Positions 30,695 to 42,136 of a DNA stretch of 64,000 nucleotides are shown here, in pieces. Position 1 is the stretch's first letter, and each line of letters opens with the position of its first letter. The position numbers were made by a program, and so were the translations under genes. The notes beneath the pieces are model-generated. The model had not been told where the DNA came from. It saw nothing but the letters and a program-made list of their open reading frames with translations, and ran no database searches. Source of the DNA: a virus (taxonomy: Duplodnaviria > Caudoviricetes); the IMG/VR virus record IMGVR_UViG_3300046526_000553, positions 79,779 to 143,778 of that record; one strand, written 5' to 3'.

Positions 30695-32619
30695 TCACAA
30701 ATTTTTTACCTTTTCCTGCAAAACCTCAGTATTAACGTGATACGAGCCTTGTGGCATTGAATCTTTAATCAATTCTAGCATTAGATCTTTTATCCGCTGT
30801 TTGGCTGTTTCTGGAGAGATAGTAGGATGGTCTTTGTAGGGATTACCGGCGTAAGTGCCGTCTGCCCAAACACCCTGAATAATATTGTCTAATTGGCTCA
30901 TACATCAATTCCGGCACCTTGTAATAACTCTAATGCCGTGGGATATGTTTTATACCAACTTTGAAAATCTTCTTGAACATTATTCAAAGTCATATATTCT
31001 CCCTTATTCCGGGTATAATGAATCTGTAACTTGACCATCCTACCTTCAACATAATCCAACTCTAACCTTTTAACCAAACCATCTTGCAAATTCATCACAT
31101 CATCTTTGAAATCTTCAGGTTTGAATACGTGGTCTTTGATATAATGCAACTTGCCCAACCCTATAGGCTTTGAGGCATTCACCGCATTAGCGCATAGTTG
31201 CATCAGCTGTTTATCCGTAGCTTTGAATATTATCATGTTTTAACTCCTTAATCGCACGATGGTTGCCAACACTCCCAGCGCAAGGGCTGCAACTGTAAAA
31301 AATAATTCTAACCCGTTTGGCTTGCCGGTTATAACTCGAATTATAACTGACAGAGCATAAGAAACGCCAGCTGCGATTAATAGTTTTCCGGGAGTCATAG
31401 AGCTCTCACCTTTTGCAACAGAACCGATTTCTTAATATTTTTCGAACGTGCTGTAGTTGAACTCTCAATCAATTTTAGAAACAGCGTTTTAACTGCCATA
31501 TTAAATTCCTCATCTTCCTCATGGGTTTCAGTATTTGTATAAGCGTTACAGATTTCATCTAATTTACTCATCGATAGTCTTTTTCTCAGCCCCCATCAGA
31601 GATTCTACAAAAGCATGAAGTGAATCATCTTGGGTACTCCAAAAATATGACTTGGCAGCATCAATAATCTGTTCGTTCAACGTATCAGATTTAACAGGTT
31701 CAAACGAATCTTTTATAGAGATACCTGCTTCGGGTGTAAGCTCTTCATCGGTTAATTCTGGGACAACTTCAGGAACAGATTTCTGTGTCTTCACGCCCCG
31801 AGTAGTATGATATGCAATTCTGAAGGGCTGAATGTAATCCTTGACAATCATACCTCGTTTGACCATGGTCTCTATGATATAACCCATGCTTTTAGGATTT
31901 CTCATGATTACCCCAGCGAATTCTGTATGTCTAATAGGAGTGCCAACTGGTTTGGATTCAATATAATCCATTATCTTTTCGAATTCTAGTTCTCTCTTCC
32001 TATCCTCAGTCATTTCATAATTCTTAGTTGCTGGTGTTAATGTTACTATTGATGCTTGCATTGTATTATCCTTGTGGTTATTAATTATATTTCTTCTCGA
32101 TTAACCCAAATACTATCTGGATTCTCTCGGTTCAGTTCTTCGGCTGCTTTGCCCAATTCCTCCTGGGAATCCTCTAGAAAGTCATTGGGTAAAAACATCT
32201 TGCTATCGCCTTTGATAAAAGTTAAACCATTTTCATGTAACAAAACGGTTATGCCATCTTTTTCGTAAATTGCTAAATCTTGTTCACCCATGGCTTTAAT
32301 ATACACCAACAATAAAGAAAAGTCAATGACTATACTTCCCGAACTAGATAGTAGCGGTTATTCGTTAGATGATTCACAATACATGAGCTGACGTATCTAA
32401 GGCGCTGACTGTTCATGGCAACATTACATCTTTGTTGGTAAGGTGGTTGTACAACACCGGTGTTGCCTTAATGAACGCAGTCTTTTTGTTATCCCTTCCG
32501 TAGTTTCGGCTGTTAGTTGTGAACACTAATCGGTCTAGGGTCAACTTGACGGCGTTGACCAACCCGTTAATGTTCAAACTTGGGTCTGTATTGTAAATGT
32601 ATTTGCAAATTAATTTCAC
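30695..32619 (-). other. Small hypothetical genes (30695-30901, 30898-31236, 31564-32061 winged-helix-like, 32085-32291, 32413-32619)
   Basis: Co-oriented; boxed promoter at 32298-32326. Confidence 0.6.
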
Positions 32620-32910
32620 CTGTGCTATATTAAAAATAGCGAGATACAGCAGATACGAGGCGGTAGCATAAAAACTACCGCCTTTCTCTTTTTAATCTGC
32701 GACCACTATTCCGTCTTGCGAGATGCAACAGTAGTTATTTTTAGGGTATATCATCTTAACGAGAGGTGTCAACCTATTTTTGAATAATACGCCTATCCCC
32801 AGCCAAATGAGCTCGTCGTTGCTTCTGATAGTGTTTCCAACACAAATCCTTAGCCACACATTTATTACCACAATTTTCTACCTTGCACACCTTCCCATAT
32901 TGCTGCATTT

Positions 32911-33456
32911 CTAATTCCCCATATCTGGCGCTGAAGCCGTACTAATTTGTGAAAGGTCTGGCGGAGGCGAATCGGATGGTTGAGGCGCAGGTGGTTGGAC
33001 AGGGGGAGGAGTTACAGTCGGTGGAGCTGGGTTATCCACAGGCTGTGGAGGGATTGTGGTGGAAGGTTTAGGCTGCACATAATCCACTTCCTGCTCATGA
33101 TGTTTATGACCATGCCTCCCATGTTTTGAATAGTTATAATCACCTGAATAATTACTGTAATTATTGTTGTTGTATGACGGGCTTGTATAGTATTGCGAAC
33201 CAGTATTTGAAGTATATTGGTTATCTGTTGTATTAGCGTTGGAGGCACCATAGGGCTGAGCCCCGGCAGCTGAGCCCGGAATGATAGTAATCTGCTTGCT
33301 ATTCACGAATGATGGTGGAGTCCATGGTTTATTAAATGGTGGGTTCTGGGTATCAGCTGAAGGTTTTTGGGTTGAACTTGGTATTAGGCTGATACATAAA
33401 AAAAATATCGCAACGGCGTAGAAGCACCGCTTTGGGGTTAAGTTAATGTATCTCAT
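32911..33456 (-). CDS. Secreted or anchored Pro/Asn-rich low-complexity protein
   Basis: N-terminal hydrophobic segment; Pro-rich tail. Confidence 0.65.
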   Translation of the reverse strand: MRYINLTPKRCFYAVAIFFLCISLIPSSTQKPSADTQNPPFNKPWTPPSFVNSKQITIIPGSAAGAQPYGASNANTTDNQYTSNTGSQYYTSPSYNNNNYSNYSGDYNYSKHGRHGHKHHEQEVDYVQPKPSTTIPPQPVDNPAPPTVTPPPVQPPAPQPSDSPPPDLSQISTASAPDMGN

Positions 33457-33480
33457 CTCAGTTAATAGTATACTCCAATC

Positions 33481-33804
33481 TTAAATTATTTCTTTGATTT
33501 TTTTACCAATTTTATCGTCAAGTTTTTTACTGTTCTTTGTGCACAAAGATAATCCAAGCAGCACCTTCTTATCGTTTACAGTCATATAAGACTCTCGTAA
33601 TTCATAGGTTGAACGGGTTTGGGAAGAAATCTGTTTAGCAAAAGAATTATTGAAGAATGTTATCTCCACGATGTTCTTGAACTCAGATATCTTGGCTGTA
33701 CCGATTGGCGGGTTCACGTAATCAAATTCCCACATAACCACTGGGTTAGAATCGTACTCGGATATATCTAACCCGTTTAGATTGAATATGAATGTTTTGG
33801 TCAC
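33481..33804 (-). CDS. Stand-alone HK97 prohead-protease-like fragment
   Basis: GLDISEYDSNPVVMWEFDYVNPPIG resembles the NPV.LW.HD...PIG motif but lacks the His. Confidence 0.5.
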   Translation of the reverse strand: MTKTFIFNLNGLDISEYDSNPVVMWEFDYVNPPIGTAKISEFKNIVEITFFNNSFAKQISSQTRSTYELRESYMTVNDKKVLLGLSLCTKNSKKLDDKIGKKIKEII

Positions 33805-34084
33805 AGCTAGTTTCCTTTCAATGGTTAATTAGGCTCTGTGAAGCTCTGAAAGCGTGTCTGCGTTGTCTTAGAACAATAATTGGAGAGTTTAACGTTTGAA
33901 ACCAAAATAGCCTTAGACGGGCTATATGTGCGTCTGCAGATATTCTGATTCTGTCGGATAGTTGGTGGTTTCTGGATAGGTGTAGGAATAATATTATGCT
34001 TAGTGTTAAGCATCCCGCCTACAATTAATGCAAGCGGGGTTAACACGAATATTATCAGGATGTCTCTGAGAATACCTCTAATCA

Positions 34085-34516
34085 TTATTTCTTAGCGTCT
34101 ACCTTAGTTTTACGGTTCTCTTCCAACTGTTTCAAGTCTTTAATTAATGCTGCCATATTAGATTTCAGAATATATCGCCACAGAATAGTTTGACCTTCAT
34201 CTGTGACATTCTGGCATTCATCAATAATTCCTGCCTCAGTTAATAATCTATCTTCCTCGCTAAGATTTAAGTTTTTAAGTTCATTACCAATATTACCATC
34301 TGACATATTGTCTCCTTGTTTACTATTTATTGGCTCTATTTCATAATCACACATGGTATGAGAAGTAGAGTCTGGTCGTTCAGCACGACATTGATAACCG
34401 TCATCAATGTCATTAACCTGTGTTACAATTATTATTTGCCCAGGTTCAAAGTTTTGGCTAGAATCGCTCTTAACCCGAACCCTATCTCCAACTTCAGCCT
34501 TAAATCCTTTCATCAA
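34085..34516 (-). CDS. Hypothetical protein, paralog of 27762-28466
   Basis: VGDRVRV unit plus LSEEDRLL..AGIID.C..T.EG..ILWR. Confidence 0.7.
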   Translation of the reverse strand: MMKGFKAEVGDRVRVKSDSSQNFEPGQIIIVTQVNDIDDGYQCRAERPDSTSHTMCDYEIEPINSKQGDNMSDGNIGNELKNLNLSEEDRLLTEAGIIDECQNVTDEGQTILWRYILKSNMAALIKDLKQLEENRKTKVDAKK

Positions 34517-34583
34517 TTCCTCCCAATTAGTTAATAATATCCCTTAATATACACCAACACATTGGAAATGTCAAATATGTAAA

Positions 34584-35072
34584 CTATTCAAGATATGCTT
34601 GCAGATGAGGGTATTTTTTGGCTAAGAATTTCAGCGTTGAATCCGCTTTCATAACATTGCAATAAGCGCAGCTTGGCATCAGATTGGCTATGGAATATTT
34701 ATGCTCGGGAAATCTGCTAGCAGGTAGAACATGGTCAAGCTCCATTTCCGAACCTACCAGCTTTCTCGGGCATTCAGGTGAAATTTGCAAATAACACGAA
34801 TAATGTCCATTTTCAGGTGGATTCATTTGATACCACAATTCTCTAGTTGCTAATCTCTTGATGCGGTCTTCTTTTGATTCTTCAGGGGCAATCTGTTTTA
34901 CCCTAAAGGGGCAATTACGTGAGGTATGATGGGTTTTTCTTTCGCAAAAGCTACAGTATTGTAATTTGCCTTTCTGTTGTTGGAGAGTTCGCCTCCAACT
35001 TTGGCGGATTGATGATGTATATTGTTGTAATTGTGGTTTTTTCGGTTGCTTGTTGTAATTATGTTTAGACAA
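34584..35072 (-). CDS. HNH endonuclease (NinG-like)
   Basis: ELDHVLP...NLMPSCAYCN. Confidence 0.8.
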   Translation of the reverse strand: MSKHNYNKQPKKPQLQQYTSSIRQSWRRTLQQQKGKLQYCSFCERKTHHTSRNCPFRVKQIAPEESKEDRIKRLATRELWYQMNPPENGHYSCYLQISPECPRKLVGSEMELDHVLPASRFPEHKYSIANLMPSCAYCNVMKADSTLKFLAKKYPHLQAYLE

Positions 35073-35110
35073 ACAAAGCGCTTCCTTTCTACTTGTATTT
35101 TAGCAAATTA

Positions 35111-36314
35111 TTAGATATTTATCTTGCGCCTACAATTTGAGCAAACCATTTTGCCGTCTTCTGACAAGATTATGTATGAACCGCAGCTGGGACACTTCAT
35201 ATAAGTGTCCCTTTTCTTGTCTGCTGCGCTATATGCCACGAAAGCCACCCCAAGCCCTATTATTTTCCACGCAGAAAAGTCTTTCGGAAGTATGAATACT
35301 ATCACTGCCATCAGGATTATCCACATGATGATAGTCCACAAAACAACGGGGCTATCGAAAAATTCACCAATTCTTTCAAACGTGTTCTTTTTCTTATCTT
35401 TGCTCGGTTGTACCATAGCCTTAACATACACCAACAGTATAATAAAGTCAAGCTAGCTCATTCGAAGAAATATTGTTCATGGCTATTGACCGTAATGAGA
35501 TGAAAGCCATCATCATACATTTTTCGGAATATTTCATATCTTGTCTCGAATATATCATCATCAGCTATCTTACCACCGCCCAAAGCATCCCATGCCACCC
35601 ATTTCCTCATCTCAGGATGATAAGAGGCTATTTTCAAACGAGGTTTCGGTTTTGATTGTTGAGGTATAGTTGGTAACTGGGTTGGATAAGGCGTATCTTG
35701 GGGATATTTCTGGGGAGTTGTCGGATATGGGAGATTATCATCAGGGAGATTAACACCGTGTTTTGGGATGAAATTGTCAAAATTCAATCCCATGGCTTAC
35801 CAGCGTTTCCGCTCCGATTCAATATCTTGTTGAAGCTTCCGTAAATCTGCTTGCGATTGTGAAATAAGCTCTAAACATGTAGAGACAAAAAATGCTGCCA
35901 CTTCCTCTGCACCATCCCGGTTAACTGTACAACCTTTATCCGTAAGCATCTTGGAGATGACATCTGGTAATGCTAATGTTTCGGGTAATTTTTCAGTCTT
36001 TTTCTTCCGTTTCAGTGAGAGGATTATTTGAAAAGGATTCCTGAAATCTATCATGGTACTTCTTCCTCATAAATAATTCCAGATTCCCTATCATCATGTT
36101 TCATCTGCTTGATGTCTTCACGAGCTCTATCTATAGCCTTATCTTTAGTGAAATAGACTCTCTTCTTGCTATCGACAATCGGAGCCCAATCTTCAGTCTC
36201 AATTTCTTTGACATAAACGGTATAGGAATATCTAGGGAACACGAATCCATCCCTATCAATCACAAATTTGTAGCGCCTTTGCACAATTTCATGGTATCCC
36301 AAAAGTAAAGACAA
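35111..36314 (-). other. Small hypothetical genes (35111-35434, 35458-35793, 35797-36054, 36051-36314)
   Basis: Co-oriented ORFs. Confidence 0.6.
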
Positions 36315-36348
36315 AGCAACATTGACACCATGATACTGTTAGTGTATA

Positions 36349-36678
36349 TTGGGAAAAATGAATCTATTCCATAATCCATTCCATCAGGAAGAGAATAAAA
36401 ATCAGAAAGTTATTGAAATGGCACGTGAGGAAATGAATCAATTCGCCGAAGCTGCTGTATTACTGGATACATTACCTCACGGAGTCATAGTAGCCCGGCT
36501 GGATGAAAAGAAGAAAATACCGGGGCAGAAACGTGGATATCGATATGGTGCTCGGTTCAATAAAGGTAAGCGATATTACGGCGATACTTTACTGGAAGTC
36601 TTGCAATTGCTGCAGAAACATCATGTAGAGCTTGAGCCCCTACATCTGATATACATAAACCAAGAAACAGACACTTAA
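36349..36678 (+). CDS. Hypothetical protein
   Basis: Follows the promoter TTGACA...gttagtgTATATT near 36322-36350. Confidence 0.6.
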   Translation: MGKMNLFHNPFHQEENKNQKVIEMAREEMNQFAEAAVLLDTLPHGVIVARLDEKKKIPGQKRGYRYGARFNKGKRYYGDTLLEVLQLLQKHHVELEPLHLIYINQETDT

Positions 36679-36957
36679 CACTAGTTTGGTGTTACGATAA
36701 TCTTTGGTGCACTACATGTGGTGTCATGGCTTTATTTTTGAAAAAAGTGTTGCTAAATGGTTTGATTTGGGATTATAGTTACAAATAGACTGAAGTTTTT
36801 CGGTTACCGAAACTAAACGTAAAGACTTCAGCGAACATTTTATTAAAGATTAGGCGCAAGTAGGCTTGCGTTCGTGCTCGCTGTATGCTACGATAAGAAT
36901 AGTTTCGGTAGTCGAGAACTTCAAAGCCTTTCTTGCCCTTCAAGAAGGGCTTTTCTC

Positions 36958-37617
36958 ATGACCATACGCATTGATAAAAATGAAAATTATACAACAATAG
37001 CTAACTTTGCATTGAATGACCCAAATCTATCTTTAAAAGCTAAAGGTTTATGGGCGTTTTTAATGAGCAAGCCAAATGACTGGAAGATAAGTTATCGTGG
37101 ATTGATGTCACAGCTCAAAGAGGGACAATCAGCAATCCTTTCGGCTATGAAAGAGCTGGAAAAAGAAGGATATTTAGTTCGTGGGGAAAAATTTAGAATG
37201 CCTGGAGGAACTTTTAAACAAGACGATTCAATTTTATTCGAAAAACCGTGCGTGGAAAATCTCAGCGCGGATTCTTCACGCACAAAAGTAAATACTGATA
37301 AAGTAAATACTGATAAATATATTAATGATACATTTAAAACAAACAAAAATGGGTCAACTAATAAACCGCTACTGCAAAAACTAATAGAAATTATTAACCC
37401 TAACGAAAAAATAACACCTAGTAGATTAAACCATCTCTCAGGACGGCTTAATGACGGCTACATGCCGGAAGAACTTATTGGTGCAGCTAAAGAATTTGCC
37501 AAATCAGATTGGCATATGAAGTATGGTCAGATGTCGATAGATAACTTATTAGCGCCCTCCAAAATTGGAAGATGGCACAATCAAGCTGTTAAGCCTAAAA
37601 AGAAAGTGATTTTCTGA
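36958..37617 (+). CDS. Phage replication initiator (N-terminal winged HTH)
   Basis: ENYTTIAN..LNDPNLSLKAKGLWAFLMSKPNDW...SAMKELEKEGY; lies upstream of the helicase. Confidence 0.85.
   Translation: MTIRIDKNENYTTIANFALNDPNLSLKAKGLWAFLMSKPNDWKISYRGLMSQLKEGQSAILSAMKELEKEGYLVRGEKFRMPGGTFKQDDSILFEKPCVENLSADSSRTKVNTDKVNTDKYINDTFKTNKNGSTNKPLLQKLIEIINPNEKITPSRLNHLSGRLNDGYMPEELIGAAKEFAKSDWHMKYGQMSIDNLLAPSKIGRWHNQAVKPKKKVIF
37286..37318 (+). repeat. 15-bp direct repeat AAAGTAAATACTGAT x2 inside the initiator gene (possible iterons)
   Basis: Read directly; lambda O-type initiators carry their origin inside the gene. Confidence 0.45.
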
Positions 37618-37618
37618 T

Positions 37619-37843
37619 ATGAATTACTTAACAGACATAATCAAAAATTATAAAGGCGAACCGGCAGAACGACTGGAAATAATTGCCGAACTAATAAAAA
37701 GCAACAAACAGCAGCAAGCCTACATACCAGTATTGATTTTCCTGCAGCCCGAGCGGAAAGACGAGTTGGAATCCTGCTATGATGGAATGAATATTGAATT
37801 AAAGATATTATACAAGGAGCTGGACAAATGGACGACTTCTTAA
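37619..37843 (+). CDS. Small protein between initiator and helicase
   Basis: Tightly coupled to both neighbours. Confidence 0.6.
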   Translation: MNYLTDIIKNYKGEPAERLEIIAELIKSNKQQQAYIPVLIFLQPERKDELESCYDGMNIELKILYKELDKWTTS

Positions 37844-38739
37844 AAATTAAGCTTGATAAGTTAAGCGAAGATGACAGAACCAAAGCCATAAAATATCTGT
37901 TAGGAATTAAGGACTCTGAAAAAATAAAACGACAGGAAGAAATCGAACTGTCTTTGATGTCTGACTATACTGAAGAGGCAATCGAACTGAACAAAAAATG
38001 GGGTAAAATGCAGGGCTTATCCACCGGCTATAAAAGCTTGGACATAATGACGCTGGGGCTCGTGCCAGGAGAACTGACCGTTGTGGCTGGAAAAACAAGC
38101 TACGGTAAAACAACCTTGGCAATAAACATAGCCAATCAGATAGCACTACATGGGACTCCGGTTTTGTTCGTCACGCTTGAAATGACTAAAAAAGAAATAA
38201 CGTCACGCTATATGAATATCAACGGCGGTCTGACCGACAATTACTATAAAGTGGCTGCCGTGACAGTGTTCCAGATTAAAAACCGACTGAGCTGGAAATC
38301 GATTGCCCCGTTGATTTATACGGCTAAAGATTCCATGGGCGTGGGGCTCGTTGTAATTGACCATCTGCATTATTTCACCCGTGAATTGGATAAACTATCA
38401 GAAGATTTGGGTAGAATAACCATGGAATTGAAAACGGCTGCCATCGAAAAAGATATACCAATCATGCTCATCTCGCATGTCAGACGTACTAATGACGAAG
38501 CCACTATAGATGACTTAAGGGGCTCATCATATATCGGGCAGGACGCCGATATCGTTTTGATGGTGGGGAGAGATAAAGACATACCAAATAAATTATTTGT
38601 TCAGATTCAGAAGAATAGAAATCGGGGGTTTGATTATAATAATGATAAAGCCGAGCTGGATATCGATGGTATTAAGATTACCGATGCCACAAGTATAGAA
38701 TATAAAAATTGGTATGAAGATATACCGAAGGGCTGGTGA
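37828..38739 (+). CDS. DnaB-like (SF4) replicative helicase, C-terminal domain only
   Basis: GLSTGYKSLD, Walker A GKTSYGKT, LEM, VVIDHLH, DLRGSSYIGQDAD, KNR. Confidence 0.92.
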   Translation: MDDFLKIKLDKLSEDDRTKAIKYLLGIKDSEKIKRQEEIELSLMSDYTEEAIELNKKWGKMQGLSTGYKSLDIMTLGLVPGELTVVAGKTSYGKTTLAINIANQIALHGTPVLFVTLEMTKKEITSRYMNINGGLTDNYYKVAAVTVFQIKNRLSWKSIAPLIYTAKDSMGVGLVVIDHLHYFTRELDKLSEDLGRITMELKTAAIEKDIPIMLISHVRRTNDEATIDDLRGSSYIGQDADIVLMVGRDKDIPNKLFVQIQKNRNRGFDYNNDKAELDIDGIKITDATSIEYKNWYEDIPKGW

Positions 38740-38816
38740 TGGAACACATTAGCACGATTTTAGAGCGTTATTACGCAGGTTTATTGAAAAAACGGAAAAG
38801 GGATTAACTATTAATT

Positions 38817-39521
38817 ATGACAGATACAATTACATGGAAAAACTTCACACTCGAAGATAGAAAACTATTAAGAAAATCATATAATCAATATTGGGACGAA
38901 ATATGTAACTATAAAAGGTTTAACCCTTACAGGATTCATCCTCACGATTTCTCCCCTTATATGAGCCCGATTGAAAATAACGTATGGCACGATATTAGAG
39001 TTTATGGATTACCGATGTTATTACAAGTTCCATGTGGCAAATATTTTATAGATTTTGCTAATCCTAAATTGGGGATAGCAATCGAAGCCGATGGAAAAGA
39101 GTGGCATGGGGATAGGGAATATGAAAAAGAGCGTGATGAATATCTAAGAGAAATGGGGTATTGTGACATCTATCATATTACAGGAAGAGATACATTTGAT
39201 TTTAGAGAGAATGAGGAAATTGAACCAATTGATTGGGAATATATTAAAAGAATGGCGCTTATCTATCAAGAATTTAACGGATTTTCATATGAAGAAGCGA
39301 AGGACATTGCGATTGCTTTGGAATATCCAGATTTAAGTTCAAATTCGGAAATCGTTGTAGGCAGGCTGGCTAGACGGTATACTCGCAGGCAAGCATATTT
39401 ATCAAAAAAGCAACATGATGAAATCTTTAAAGAATCTATAAGTATATATGATGGTCATGAAAGAGCGGAGAAATATATGGATAATGCCTGTATTATATGT
39501 GAGCGTGGAAAAGACCAATAA
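38817..39521 (+). CDS. DUF559/Vsr-like endonuclease domain protein
   Basis: SPIE...QVPCGKYFIDFA...IAIEADGKEWH...RDEYL...G. Confidence 0.8.
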   Translation: MTDTITWKNFTLEDRKLLRKSYNQYWDEICNYKRFNPYRIHPHDFSPYMSPIENNVWHDIRVYGLPMLLQVPCGKYFIDFANPKLGIAIEADGKEWHGDREYEKERDEYLREMGYCDIYHITGRDTFDFRENEEIEPIDWEYIKRMALIYQEFNGFSYEEAKDIAIALEYPDLSSNSEIVVGRLARRYTRRQAYLSKKQHDEIFKESISIYDGHERAEKYMDNACIICERGKDQ

Positions 39522-39524
39522 ATA

Positions 39525-39758
39525 TTAATCCTCGTCGTCAATTTTCTTAGTTCGCCTGCTTGTCCGACCACCAACTTCACCTACTTTAATAGCTCTTTGG
39601 TGCCCTGTGAGGCCGTCCCTACCAACCTTATCCGAAGCAAAACCACCTGTCTTACCTTTTTTACCTCCGGTACTACCGATATGTTTGTAAAAATCTTCAC
39701 CATATCGTTGCTTATTAGTTTCTGCAGCGGTCTTACCACCTTCTCGTGTACCTGCCAT
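39525..39758 (-). CDS. KGG-repeat general-stress-type small protein (Saccharibacteria-like)
   Basis: MAGTREGGKTAAETNKQRYGEDFYKHIGSTGGKKGKTGGFAS. Confidence 0.8.
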   Translation of the reverse strand: MAGTREGGKTAAETNKQRYGEDFYKHIGSTGGKKGKTGGFASDKVGRDGLTGHQRAIKVGEVGGRTSRRTKKIDDED

Positions 39759-40790
39759 ATCATCCTCGCTTTCGCTTGTTGCTTAAGTTAATAATTCCAT
39801 AGTACACCACCAGAACGGAAAAAGCAATACCATTACGAAACTTTGCGATATCACACCTCCTTAAACAATTAATAACTTTTGGCAGCGTGGTCGAATAAAT
39901 CCTGCTGATATGCATTCAAAGCAGCTATATCACCATGCATAGACATGGTGGTTGGGAGGTATGGATATTGAGGCATATCCGGTATGGTTCTAGCTATTAA
40001 TTTAGCAATAACCACTTTACCTTCTGGAGAATTACGCCAACGTTCTTGAATGTCAACTGCAACAGTTGCATTTTCACTTTGCTGCCATTTATATTATAGA
40101 CCATGTGAAAATGGGCATTCTGACGCACATACGATACTCTCTGGCTGGTTTTTCGAGCCTTCACGGGTTGTTGGGCATCGGAGCGATTCTATCGCCGGGT
40201 TGATAGTTTTCCAGGCACCATTGGCACATTTTCAGTATTTGTTCAATACGTGTAAAGGGAATTATATACAATTAAGCTTTTATAGTAAACACCACCATCC
40301 CAAGCAAACGTGAATTTCCAGCCTGCACTTGATTTACCGAGATGCACGTGACAAATATGTTCACAGTAACATCTGTCGCAAGGCAACTCGTAATCGGCAT
40401 AATAATTAGTCCCCATTAGCTCTTTGCCGTATACTTTACCCAACCATTGAAAATAGCAAGTTTATCTATCATTTCTTCAATCTGTGTGTTGCTATATTGG
40501 CTAAAAATCATAGTCGGTAACATTTTATGGTTAGATATTTTTACTTTATCGTCAGGGTAATGTTTAATAATATAGCTTATTACCATGCAAGCCTTTGGGT
40601 AATTCTCCTCTAGCTCGGGTAGTGACATTTTCATCGCTGCCTTGATTTCTTCATCTGTCACGATTGCGCACCTGCCTTTCAAATAACCCAAAGGCTATCC
40701 ATATCACAGCCAATAGTATACTTGCTTTTATATGATGGTAGTAGCCAAACCATGTTCCCCAGAATAGACCGACTACACCAAATAGCCATT

Positions 40791-41525
40791 TCATCTTGAG
40801 GCTTCCTTAATCGCTGCCGAAAATCCACCGAAATATTTTTTGAATGTCCATTGTGAAGGCAGGTCACGGCCCAAATCACTGGTATAGGGACGACGGTTAT
40901 GCCTTTTCTCGAAACGTTGAATCATATCTATTATTAATTCTTTGCTGTAGATAGTTTGTCTGCCTCTATTTTTACTTGGGAGTAGCCCTGCAATCTTAAC
41001 GGCAACAACATAACTCCCGAAGGTTCTATAGACAGGCCCTCTCAACCCATCGTAATGTTTACCGAATTCCCTAAGTGATGGTGTGTGCCCCAGTATAACG
41101 CTTAAATCCTTAATCTTCTGGATAAGCTGGTCTGGGCAGACCCCTTCAATATTTTTCTGTTCCAAGGTTTTACGTCCTCTTTCAGGATTACGAGGGGTTT
41201 GACGACCCATTTTGAGAGCAGCTAAACGTTTCATAATCAATTCGGAATCAGCAGCTTGAGCTATACGAACGTATTGTTCAGTTAAAGTGGGAGCTAATAG
41301 ACTTGTTTTGGCACGTAATTTGAATTTACGCTTATAATCACGGGCATTGATATGGTGCTTTTTATTAGCATGTGAACCTAAGTTGCTAAACATTCCCCCA
41401 CAAATATGACACTGGATTTTGGTACCATCTTTCGATTTACCAATAGTACCGATATAGCCGAAACCATCTTCAACTTTAGCTAGCGGCTCTTTATAGGGTT
41501 CATAATCTAAATCAGGATTCGTCAT
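40791..41525 (-). CDS. MucR-like Zn finger with homing-endonuclease-associated repeats
   Basis: IQCHICG...LGSH...H; two repeats ending FGS/FGG. Confidence 0.65.
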   Translation of the reverse strand: MTNPDLDYEPYKEPLAKVEDGFGYIGTIGKSKDGTKIQCHICGGMFSNLGSHANKKHHINARDYKRKFKLRAKTSLLAPTLTEQYVRIAQAADSELIMKRLAALKMGRQTPRNPERGRKTLEQKNIEGVCPDQLIQKIKDLSVILGHTPSLREFGKHYDGLRGPVYRTFGSYVVAVKIAGLLPSKNRGRQTIYSKELIIDMIQRFEKRHNRRPYTSDLGRDLPSQWTFKKYFGGFSAAIKEASR

Positions 41526-42136
41526 CGACCGGTAATCTCGATAACATATCTTCTATCACAGGCTGAACATGTAAAGCTAAATCTTCAGCAGGCATCCCGG
41601 TCTGCTCTTCTATCATTTTTGCTGTGTGGTCACGTATGATTTCCCAGCCCCTTGCGTTAGGAGCAACACCGCCTTCAGTAAAGAACTTAGCAAAGGTATA
41701 AATACCCAAATTCATGCCCATGGTTATTAAATCATTATCCTGTTTTGAATTATCCATTTACTTTCACTTTGATTTCTTTAACATTATCAAATATCTGCAG
41801 AAGCCTGTTACCGTCAGTTTCAGTATCGATGCATATCATCGTGAAGTCTTTACCTCTATAAACTCCGCTAGGTAGGAAAGGCGCAATGATTTCGTTAGAA
41901 TAGTAATCATGCTCATCGATACCATCTCCTTCCCATTCGAAACCATTAGCTATAATTTTTTCTAAATTTTCTTTACTTTCAGCAAAGTGCACTTCATCAC
42001 TTTCATCGTCAGATTCGGGCAGACACCAATAATATTCGGTAGCATCCTCTATGGGGAAAACTACCCAGTCTTCCTTATAGCCGAAATAATCATAGATTTG
42101 TTTCTGCAAATCAAAATAATCGTCGAGTAATTTCAT
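41512..42136 (-). other. Two hypothetical genes (41512-41757, 41750-42136)
   Basis: Overlapping ORF chain. Confidence 0.65.
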
